From a virus (taxonomy: Duplodnaviria; Caudoviricetes), in the IMG/VR virus record IMGVR_UViG_3300021560_000021, positions 1-54,837 of that record: a stretch of DNA of 54,837 bases. One strand, given 5' to 3'. The notes beneath the pieces were generated by a model that made no database searches, had not been told where the DNA came from, and saw nothing but the letters and a program-made list of their open reading frames with translations. This document shows, piece after piece, positions 1 through 6,795 of this stretch. A program made the translations under genes and the position numbers. Within the stretch, counting starts at the first letter, position 1. Every line of letters starts with the position of its first letter.

Positions 1-234
1 ACCGCCAATCGCGGATCAAAACCTCATTTCGCCCGCATGGATTATGAACGCGCGACGCTGAGCGTACGTGGCACATTGGACAAGCTGGCCATGGGGTACT
101 GGCGCATAACGGAGCGTGCGCCGTGCCCGTGCTGCGGTGCCAAATCTAACGGCAAGCTGCGACTGAACGGCATAGGCCGGGTACGGCTGGCGCGGCTTCG
201 CCACCGTGTAGAACAGCGAAAGAGAGGGACCTGA
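1..234 (+). CDS. Partial hypothetical protein with CPCC (possible Zn-binding) motif
   Basis: Frame is open from position 1; its stop overlaps the next ATG (TGATG). Confidence 0.6.
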   Translation, partial: TANRGSKPHFARMDYERATLSVRGTLDKLAMGYWRITERAPCPCCGAKSNGKLRLNGIGRVRLARLRHRVEQRKRGT

Positions 235-407
235 TGTACCACTTCTACGGCTTCGATCCCGACGACTATGACGCACTCTGCAAGATGCGCGAAACGCTGC
301 ACAACAAAACACGCGCTATGACGTTTGATGAACAGCGCGATTTTGCTGAGCGCATGCGCCTCTTGCTAGAGCGCGGCATCTTAATGGAAGGGGAAATGAG
401 AGAATGA
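234..407 (+). CDS. Hypothetical protein, 57 aa (MYHFYGFDPDDY...)
   Basis: Translated by hand; GAGAGGGA RBS; coupled to both neighbours by overlapping start/stop. Confidence 0.65.
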   Translation: MYHFYGFDPDDYDALCKMRETLHNKTRAMTFDEQRDFAERMRLLLERGILMEGEMRE

Positions 408-574
408 TGTTTGACGTGCCCGACGATCTGGTGCCCGTGGTTATCGAGGCATTAGAGCATCTGCAAGAAGACAACGAAGGCTGGATTGGCAGCCATAATC
501 GACAGGCGATCAAAGAAGACCCGAAGCTGCGGCGACTGCAACAGCTAATCGACCTGTTTAACCAGACATCGTGA
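404..574 (+). CDS. Hypothetical protein, 56 aa (MMFDVPDDLV...)
   Basis: Translated by hand; ATGA overlap with the upstream gene; fills the gap before 585. Confidence 0.65.
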   Translation: MMFDVPDDLVPVVIEALEHLQEDNEGWIGSHNRQAIKEDPKLRRLQQLIDLFNQTS

Positions 575-584
575 AAGGCAGAGC

Positions 585-1124
585 ATGGATAAAATGGCAA
601 AGGCAAAATGGGGTACCTGGAAAAGGTACAACGACCTATGGGAGATCGGCGCCGAAGCCGGTTGCTATAACGTTAACGGCACGCATTTCGATGCACCGCG
701 CGACCGCCGGGACTATCCGTACGCGCTGATTTGTCCAACCGGCTACTTCCTGATCAGCAATGCACGCGAGTTGCGCACGTCAGATATCCACATCGGTACG
801 TGGCGCGATGCGCAAGGCCGGGGCCGACTGACTGTACCTAGAGGCGGCATCGAAAACCTGCGCGGCTTCACCCGCAAGGTAAAGGCAAAGATCGCCAAGG
901 TGCAGCATAGCGGCCTGCCGCCAAAGGAAGTCGCTGATCAACTCGGCATCACGCCGATGACCCTGCACACATGGCGCAAAGGCTCGGACACCCGTGAGCC
1001 GCTACGCACTTTGACAACGCCACGGGGCGAGCGTCACACGGTACTGATCCCCGAGCAATCACTTACGGCGTGGCTGCGCAAGTACCGCCCGGACCTGCTT
1101 ACTGTGTGGCAGGCACGTGTATAA
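585..1124 (+). CDS. Protein with C-terminal helix-turn-helix DNA-binding domain
   Basis: PPKEVADQLGITPMTLHTWRKG is an excisionase/MerR-like HTH; GAAAGG RBS. Confidence 0.75.
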   Translation: MDKMAKAKWGTWKRYNDLWEIGAEAGCYNVNGTHFDAPRDRRDYPYALICPTGYFLISNARELRTSDIHIGTWRDAQGRGRLTVPRGGIENLRGFTRKVKAKIAKVQHSGLPPKEVADQLGITPMTLHTWRKGSDTREPLRTLTTPRGERHTVLIPEQSLTAWLRKYRPDLLTVWQARV

Positions 1125-1131
1125 CAAGCCA

Positions 1132-1163
1132 AGGTGCGGCGGTTCCTCCCGCCGCACCTATTT
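1132..1163 (+). terminator. Rho-independent terminator-like hairpin
   Basis: Perfect 11-bp stem AGGTGCGGCGG/CCGCCGCACCT, 6-nt loop, short ATTT tail, just after the stop at 1124. Confidence 0.7.
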
Positions 1164-1190
1164 GACTCTGATATGAACTGAGGGTAAATC
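1162..1190 (+). promoter_or_regulatory. Putative sigma70-type promoter
   Basis: TTGACT-17 bp-TAAATC, located right after a terminator and upstream of the 1243 gene. Confidence 0.55.
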
Positions 1191-1242
1191 CGTCAGTTCG
1201 TACCTGAGCCAATACCGGCTGAGGATCAAACGGAGACGAAAA

Positions 1243-1575
1243 GTGGCCAAGGACATGACTAAGACTGACGTTGTAATCCGGCTCGCCAAGCGGAAGCGCG
1301 GCGTGTCCGGTCCCGAGATCGTCGCGGCGACCGGCTGGCAGTGCGGCTCAACCAAGTGGCATATTGAGCACTACTGCCGCCGGTTTGATCTGGAGTACGA
1401 GCGCATTCCGACCGAGGGCCGCATCGTGCGGTACCGCATCCTGAGTGAAGCGGAAACCGCCGCGGTACGCGCCAAGAAGGCCAAGCCCAAGAAGATGCAC
1501 ACCGTCAGGGCGCACGTCGCGGTACACAAGGGCAAGCGCGTTGTCCGCCGTGCGTACGAGCGTGCCGCTGCCTGA
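1243..1575 (+). CDS. DUF3489-like winged-helix protein with basic C-terminal tail
   Basis: TKTDVVIRLAKRKRGVSGPEIVAATGWQ resembles the DUF3489 pattern (TK..VI.ML.RP.GAT..EI..ATGWQ); GGAG RBS. Confidence 0.7.
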   Translation: MAKDMTKTDVVIRLAKRKRGVSGPEIVAATGWQCGSTKWHIEHYCRRFDLEYERIPTEGRIVRYRILSEAETAAVRAKKAKPKKMHTVRAHVAVHKGKRVVRRAYERAAA

Positions 1576-1594
1576 TCACTGAAAGGACAAAACC

Positions 1595-2257
1595 ATGGCG
1601 CAAACCCCACGCGCACCACGGCGGAAGCGTCCCGCACCGATCGCCACAAATGGGAGCGCGCCGCCGACACCGGAGACGACACCGGAGACGACTGAGCCGA
1701 CACCGGTTGCGGAAGCTATCGCAGCCATGGCGGCACAGGATCAGAAGTCGGAAGACTTATGCTATGTGCGTATGCCACGCCTTGTACCGCGGGATGCCGC
1801 GTTGCAGTGGGCACACTACATGGCATTCCGATTTGCCACGAAGATCGACGTATGCAACCGCAAAGGCCAGTTGATTAAGTCATTCGACAACCGCGACATA
1901 ACGCTGGTCAAGCCGGAAGGTAGCATGCCACCGAATTGGCTGTGGCATCCTAGCTGGGATGCGCGGCCATGGGGGCGGCCAGGTACTGCATCTGAGCCTG
2001 ATCCCGACACCGCTGATCCCGCTCCGGCTACGGCGCCGAAGCGTAAGGCGTCACAAGGCCCCGGCCCCCGCAAAGACGATCCAAACGCGAAGTCGAGTCG
2101 GCTGGTGGCTTTGCTTAGCAGGGAGGGCGGCGCGACCCGTGCGGAGATGAAGGAGATCACCGAATGGGCCGTGCCGGTCACGTACATCGAGCGGCTGGCA
2201 AAGCTGCGCGACAAGAAGATGGAAAGTCTCGGAGATGATCGCTACCGCCTAGTCTGA
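1595..2257 (+). CDS. Hypothetical protein with C-terminal DUF3489-like winged helix
   Basis: KSSRLVALLSREGGATRAEMKEITEW...RYRLV; GAAAGGA RBS; Pro/Thr-rich linkers. Confidence 0.65.
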   Translation: MAQTPRAPRRKRPAPIATNGSAPPTPETTPETTEPTPVAEAIAAMAAQDQKSEDLCYVRMPRLVPRDAALQWAHYMAFRFATKIDVCNRKGQLIKSFDNRDITLVKPEGSMPPNWLWHPSWDARPWGRPGTASEPDPDTADPAPATAPKRKASQGPGPRKDDPNAKSSRLVALLSREGGATRAEMKEITEWAVPVTYIERLAKLRDKKMESLGDDRYRLV

Positions 2258-2287
2258 AATCCAAACCAAAATCCGAAAGGAAACACA

Positions 2288-3379
2288 ATGAGCATTCTTA
2301 CCCAAGCGTCGCACGAGTGGATGAAGCGGCCGAATGATCAGCGGTATCTGAACCTGCCGGACATGAAGGCGCACTTCGATCTGGAGCGCAAGTACTCCGC
2401 CGAAAAGGTGGTGCCCACATCGAAGGTCACCATCCTGCCGGTCAAGGGCGACAACACGGGCTTGGTCGTACAGGGACCGAAGGGCTTTGACTTCGCGCCG
2501 ACTCACTGGTCCTTCGGCCAGCTTGCCACGCTCGGCAAGGCGCCGGCCGGATATCTTCGTACCCTGCCGTCACCGATGGCCGCTGACTGTCTGAACTTTG
2601 GCTTGAAGATCGCACGTGACATTGAAGACGTGGGCTTGCTGCTGCACAAGAATGGCGGCACCCCAACGCTGCGCGCGGCGACCGGGCCGAAGTACGGGCG
2701 CATCTGGAATAACGACCTGCTTGACGAAGTGATCAAGCGGTTCGGCGACGGCGTGACCGGGGCATGGAAGATACCCGGCGAGTTCGGCAAGAAGGTGGCG
2801 ATCACCAAGGCCAACACGACGCTGTACGCGTCCGACCGCGATTTCTTCATCTTCCTTGCCGATGAAGAGAATCGCATCATCCTGCCCAACCGGCGCGACG
2901 GTAAGTCCGGCTCGCTGGCGCGCGGCTGGTTCATGTGGAATTCCGAAGTCGGCTCAACGACCTTCGGTATTTCGATGTTCCTGTTTGACTACGCGTGCAA
3001 GAATCGCATCGTGTGGGGCGTGACCGAAAAGGTGGACTTCCGCCTGCGTCACACCGTGTCGGCGCCGGACAAGTGGCTGGCGGAAATCCAGCCGGCGCTG
3101 ATCGCCTACCAAAACTCGTCGGGTAAGGGCGTGTTGCAGGCAATCGAGGATGCCCGCAAGGACCGGCTTGAAGACAGGTTGCAGAAGTTCCTTGCTGACC
3201 GGTTTTCCAAGGAACTGGTCAAGAGCATGACCGACGTGCACATGATCGAAGAGGGCCGCCCGATCGAAACGCGGTGGGATGCCGTGGTCGCTGCGACTGC
3301 GGTTGCACGCTCTATCGAGCATCAGGACGTGCGTGTGAAGTTGGAGCGCGAGGCCGGATCGCTGTTGAAGGCTTCGTAA
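2288..3379 (+). CDS. DUF932-family protein
   Basis: 363 aa; TLYASDRDFFIFL, RGWFMWNSEVGS, FDYACKNRIVWG and RLRHT motifs; GAAAGGA RBS. Confidence 0.85.
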   Translation: MSILTQASHEWMKRPNDQRYLNLPDMKAHFDLERKYSAEKVVPTSKVTILPVKGDNTGLVVQGPKGFDFAPTHWSFGQLATLGKAPAGYLRTLPSPMAADCLNFGLKIARDIEDVGLLLHKNGGTPTLRAATGPKYGRIWNNDLLDEVIKRFGDGVTGAWKIPGEFGKKVAITKANTTLYASDRDFFIFLADEENRIILPNRRDGKSGSLARGWFMWNSEVGSTTFGISMFLFDYACKNRIVWGVTEKVDFRLRHTVSAPDKWLAEIQPALIAYQNSSGKGVLQAIEDARKDRLEDRLQKFLADRFSKELVKSMTDVHMIEEGRPIETRWDAVVAATAVARSIEHQDVRVKLEREAGSLLKAS

Positions 3380-3380
3380 T

Positions 3381-3416
3381 CCTAACTGACTTAGGGGAGC
3401 GGATAACACCGCTCCC
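3381..3416 (+). other. Tandem 3'-UTR hairpins upstream of the ribozyme
   Basis: CCTAA/TTAGG (3381-3395) and GGGAGCGG/CCGCTCCC (3395-3416); no U-tract. Confidence 0.65.
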
Positions 3417-3475
3417 GCCGTAATGCAGCCAATGCCGGTCACAAGCCCGGATGCAAAATGCAGAGTGAGGCGGGA
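3413..3475 (+). ncRNA. Twister self-cleaving ribozyme, type P1; predicted cleavage U3421/A3422
   Basis: P1 UCCCGCC/GGCGGGA; L1 GUAA; P2 UGCA/UGCA; GC pseudoknot; P4 CCGG/CCGG; L4 UCACAAGC; conserved GA; pseudoknot UCAC/GUGA. The core closely follows the rice Osa-1-4 twister as recalled (GCCAAUGCCGGUCCCAAGCCCGGAU), with a compensatory change in the pseudoknot. Confidence 0.93.
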
Positions 3476-3565
3476 AGCCGTACGAGTGGAACCACACTCA
3501 ATCCGTGCTTGGGCACATAAGCGCACGGGCCATTTGGAAACAGGGCTTGTGGAAGGCTTCCCGCC
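3469..3565 (+). ncRNA. Putative multibranch structured RNA overlapping the twister P1 3' strand
   Basis: 11-bp closing stem GGCGGGAAGCC/GGCTTCCCGCC encloses hairpins at 3484-3499 and 3503-3528 and a weak GAAA-loop hairpin at 3529-3546; intergenic. Confidence 0.6.
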
Positions 3566-3591
3566 GTACCCTAAAGCACCGGAGACAATCA

Positions 3592-3795
3592 ATGATCATT
3601 GTTGTCGGCATCGTCGTGTTCGCGCTGATCGGCGCGGCATGCTCGGCCAGACGCGGCGCCGTTGCAGCGGAAGACTTACGCTATATCGCGCTGCATGGCC
3701 GTGACGCATTCCTGACTAAACAACGCAACGCGCGCAACCTAAGACTGATCGGCTGGCTGCTCTTTGCTGGCTTGCTGTGGCGCGCATTCATGTAG
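3592..3795 (+). CDS. Small membrane protein (two hydrophobic segments)
   Basis: MIIVVGIVVFALIGAACS and LIGWLLFAGLLW; GGAG RBS at 3581. Confidence 0.75.
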   Translation: MIIVVGIVVFALIGAACSARRGAVAAEDLRYIALHGRDAFLTKQRNARNLRLIGWLLFAGLLWRAFM

Positions 3796-3805
3796 GAGAC
3801 TAAAA

Positions 3806-4201
3806 ATGAAACACGCGCTGATCGCGACGATGACGTTGGCGCTTGCAGCATGTCAGCAACCACTAATCGTGCCCGAGTACACCGGCTATCAGGGCGGCGA
3901 CACGTGCCCGTATGCACAGTCAATGACGCCAGCCGATTACAACCAACAACTTTGCCAGCGATGGGAGAGTGATCGCGCCGCATACCAAGCGTCGCACGCC
4001 AATAATTCAGCCGCCTACATGGCGCGCATTCACGCCTATGAGATAGCGCATCCGGGGCAAGAAGCCGCCCCTGATCCAAAGCTGACCGCTGCACAGCGGG
4101 ACTACATCATCCGCCGCAACCTCGTTGAAATGTGCATGCGTCGCGGGCTTGCGGCGCCGGCACCGGATTGCAGCGAGTTCTGGTGGGCACCGTTACACTG
4201 A
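3806..4201 (+). CDS. Predicted lipoprotein
   Basis: MKHALIATMTLALAAC signal peptide with LAAC lipobox; AGGAG RBS. Confidence 0.8.
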   Translation: MKHALIATMTLALAACQQPLIVPEYTGYQGGDTCPYAQSMTPADYNQQLCQRWESDRAAYQASHANNSAAYMARIHAYEIAHPGQEAAPDPKLTAAQRDYIIRRNLVEMCMRRGLAAPAPDCSEFWWAPLH

Positions 4202-4212
4202 AAGGAAACCCC

Positions 4213-4461
4213 ATGGCAAAAACAAGCAAGCCGAGCCTGATCCTAAACATCGGTCCCGGCCACAACATCATCCACGACGCACGGTGCCATTTCATGACCT
4301 GTCATGAGCCGGCGCCACCGCCGATCCATCGCTATCCCGGTCATAGCGTGGGTCAGCTTGACAACATTCGGCGGCGTGAATGGCCAGACTATCCCCAACC
4401 GAGATTTTGCAAAGCGTGTTTGGCCAAATACGGCCACTCCGATCTGTGCAACCGCCACTGA
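4213..4461 (+). CDS. Hypothetical protein, possible Zn finger (H...C, CKAC)
   Basis: GAAAGGA RBS; IIHDARC and FCKAC motifs. Confidence 0.65.
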   Translation: MAKTSKPSLILNIGPGHNIIHDARCHFMTCHEPAPPPIHRYPGHSVGQLDNIRRREWPDYPQPRFCKACLAKYGHSDLCNRH

Positions 4462-4472
4462 AAGGGTATGAC

Positions 4473-4685
4473 ATGGCGACCAAGCAGTACGCGCATACGG
4501 CGGTTTACACGTGTGAGAGTAAGACAGTGTTGCACCGCTTCGTGCGGCAACTGATCAACAGCACCGCATGGTTTACCTGTACGCCACATGACTTCACGGT
4601 GGAAACCAGCGAAGTACGCGCCAACCATCGGATGAACCTGACCGGCATAACCATGACGATAAAGCCGACGCAGCGGCTACCCTGA
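4473..4685 (+). CDS. Hypothetical protein
   Basis: GAAAGGG RBS; fits operon packing. Confidence 0.65.
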   Translation: MATKQYAHTAVYTCESKTVLHRFVRQLINSTAWFTCTPHDFTVETSEVRANHRMNLTGITMTIKPTQRLP

Positions 4686-4697
4686 AAGCGAGGTACA

Positions 4698-5036
4698 ATG
4701 CCAGAGATCACCGACGAAGAATTGCATGCTGCCATGGCACGCGCCATAAAGCAAAATGCGCCACATGGCGGCTCACGCGTGATCGAGTACGGCGATGCGC
4801 GTGTGCTTGTACCAACCGAGCTTATCACCGAGGCGCTTAAAGGATTGCAGGCTGACGATAGCCTGCGCAAAGCGGCAATAGAGGTAGCAAACCTTCGGCT
4901 ACCGACAGCTATCAAAGTGCTGCTGAGCACGCCCGAGGGGGCGCCGAGCGCACTGGTACGCACGGTCACGCTGGACATCGTTATCTGGTTTGCCAACGAG
5001 ATCATCGAGGGCCGCGCGTCGCTGAGCATGAACTAA
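4698..5036 (+). CDS. Hypothetical protein
   Basis: GAGG RBS; 112-aa ORF in operon. Confidence 0.7.
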   Translation: MPEITDEELHAAMARAIKQNAPHGGSRVIEYGDARVLVPTELITEALKGLQADDSLRKAAIEVANLRLPTAIKVLLSTPEGAPSALVRTVTLDIVIWFANEIIEGRASLSMN

Positions 5037-5041
5037 CCGAC

Positions 5042-5070
5042 TTGACAAACCGAGGCCGGGTATGTATAGT
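5042..5070 (+). promoter_or_regulatory. Sigma70-type promoter
   Basis: TTGACA (5042-5047), 17-bp spacer, TATAGT (5065-5070); intergenic. Confidence 0.85.
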
Positions 5071-5082
5071 GCTCGGCCTTTT
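5053..5082 (+). terminator. Terminator-like hairpin overlapping the promoter -10 box
   Basis: AGGCCGGGTA/TGCTCGGCCT stem with two G-U pairs, followed by TTT. Confidence 0.55.
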
Positions 5083-5112
5083 CGATCAAACAAAACCGGC
5101 GGAGAAAAAGCA

Positions 5113-5718
5113 ATGTGGCTATTCCTTAGCAACGCCTTCCTGTCCATCGTCATTGACAAAACCGACCCGGACAAGCTGCTGGTCCGGGCACGTGCCGCTG
5201 GCGATATCCAACGGGTATTCGGCAAGCGTACAAAGGTCATACGCACGCCACGGGCCGACTATGGCTGGCGGGCATACGTAAGCCGGGATCGCGTCAAGCA
5301 GGCAATGGTCAAGGAAATCGACCAGATCACCTATCCCAACTTCAAGGACAGTGTACCGGAAGACGACCGGCACAACGCGTACGCACGGTGCTGGAATGCC
5401 TTGTATGATTTCCAGCGTCAGCGGCTTTATCCGCTGCCGAAGCGGCCGAAGCTGCACAACTGGCCACCGCAGTATAACATACTGAGCCTGCCATTTGCAG
5501 AGGAAGTCGTGGTAAGTGACTCGGTTGTACGGACAACGGAGACAACGACAACCAAGGTGCGCGTTGAACGGACACTTCCGACCGACTGCTTTTTCATCAG
5601 CAAGTCGGGTAGCACGGAAGTTGGTACGGCGGTGCGCACCGATGGCCCCATGACCCTCATTCAGGATCGTGACGGCAAAGAAGAGTGGTACGCATCGCAC
5701 GAGTGGGAGCCGCTATGA
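5113..5718 (+). CDS. Conserved phage hypothetical protein with C-terminal extension
   Basis: MWLF...FLSIV...LLVRAR...DI...DY..RA...YPNFK pattern recognised from many phage hypotheticals; GGAG RBS. Confidence 0.75.
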   Translation: MWLFLSNAFLSIVIDKTDPDKLLVRARAAGDIQRVFGKRTKVIRTPRADYGWRAYVSRDRVKQAMVKEIDQITYPNFKDSVPEDDRHNAYARCWNALYDFQRQRLYPLPKRPKLHNWPPQYNILSLPFAEEVVVSDSVVRTTETTTTKVRVERTLPTDCFFISKSGSTEVGTAVRTDGPMTLIQDRDGKEEWYASHEWEPL

Positions 5719-5722
5719 AGCG

Positions 5723-5753
5723 AAGGCCGCAGGGAAACCCTCTGCGGCCTTTT
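5723..5753 (+). terminator. Rho-independent terminator
   Basis: AAGGCCGCAG/CTGCGGCCTT stem followed by a T-rich tail. Confidence 0.8.
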
Positions 5754-5781
5754 GCTTTGTACAGACCATGAAAAGGAAACC

Positions 5782-6795
5782 ATGATGTCAGGACACCGCA
5801 CCATCCGAAATAACAAGATCGTCTTCGGCCACAACGTGTCTATGGCCGATATCCGACCGTGGAATATGACGGTGGCCAGCTTTCGCGATGCCGCGTTGGA
5901 GGAACGGGTATCGGCGTTGTACGTAACCGAGTGGAGCAACCAATTCATGCCCGATGCGGATACCGTACACAGTATCTCGCGGGCAGCCCATCGCGCCGTA
6001 AAGAGCGGCCAGTTGATTGACTTGGGCAACCTGCCCAACAACGTGATCAAAGAGGCTGGGCTGCGCGGCGGACCCTTGTACACACAAGGCGCCATCGGCC
6101 TGCCGTTCTCTGATCCGTGGGTCCTGTTTCACACATGGGAAGGCGGGCCGACTGCCTACGTTGTGCAGTTGGTCAAAGGCCAGCCGAATGGTGGCTGCAT
6201 CGAGATCGCCGAATTGATTGGCGTGGAAATCAAAGGACTCCGGCTGCTGATCGTCGGCGACCATCTGCACTACACGCCAACGCCGCAAGAGCCGGCACGG
6301 TACAACATCATCCCCATGCCATCCTATCTGCGCTGCATTGACTATGAAATGCAGAATGGTCCGTTGGACGTGACCGACAATCCAGAGCCGTTGATGGCTG
6401 GCGTCGGTCCCAACCTGTTGGACCCGCTCATGGCGGCACTGCTGATCATGAATACGGACGGCGTACCGAGTACGACAATCCGCGCAACCGACAAGCTGCA
6501 AAAGGCCAGGGCGAAGAATGGCAAGCCGATGATCCCGCCGTACCGCCAAGTCACCAGCGCAGGCTATGTGACCGCACTCGTGACGCGGCGCACTGAACAG
6601 CAGAACGGCAAACGTGGTACGCACGCGTCACCGGTCATGCATATCCGCCGTGGTCACAACCGGCATTACAAACGCTCCGGTGAGACGCGGTGGATCAAGG
6701 ACATGCTTATCAACGCCAACGAAGCGGCGCGCAATGACTTCATCGCCACGCGCACGCATTACAAAACAGGAGCGACGAATGAAACGCAAAATTAG
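5782..6795 (+). CDS. Phage hypothetical protein with C-terminal HxRRGH motif
   Basis: HASPVMHIRRGHNRHY...RWI; AAAGGA RBS. Confidence 0.75.
   Translation: MMSGHRTIRNNKIVFGHNVSMADIRPWNMTVASFRDAALEERVSALYVTEWSNQFMPDADTVHSISRAAHRAVKSGQLIDLGNLPNNVIKEAGLRGGPLYTQGAIGLPFSDPWVLFHTWEGGPTAYVVQLVKGQPNGGCIEIAELIGVEIKGLRLLIVGDHLHYTPTPQEPARYNIIPMPSYLRCIDYEMQNGPLDVTDNPEPLMAGVGPNLLDPLMAALLIMNTDGVPSTTIRATDKLQKARAKNGKPMIPPYRQVTSAGYVTALVTRRTEQQNGKRGTHASPVMHIRRGHNRHYKRSGETRWIKDMLINANEAARNDFIATRTHYKTGATNETQN

Noticed and set aside
1217-1242. CTGAGGA...GAAA hammerhead-like core
   Set aside because: No convincing stem II or stem III/UH cleavage site
3397-3408. GAGCGGATAACA, a 12-nt match to the lac operator
   Set aside because: The flanks do not match lacO or vector sequence; it is part of a native hairpin, so the match is treated as coincidence
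3469-3565. Cloverleaf resembling a tRNA
   Set aside because: No TTC T-loop, D-loop GG, 7-nt anticodon loop or CCA; retained only as an unknown structured RNA
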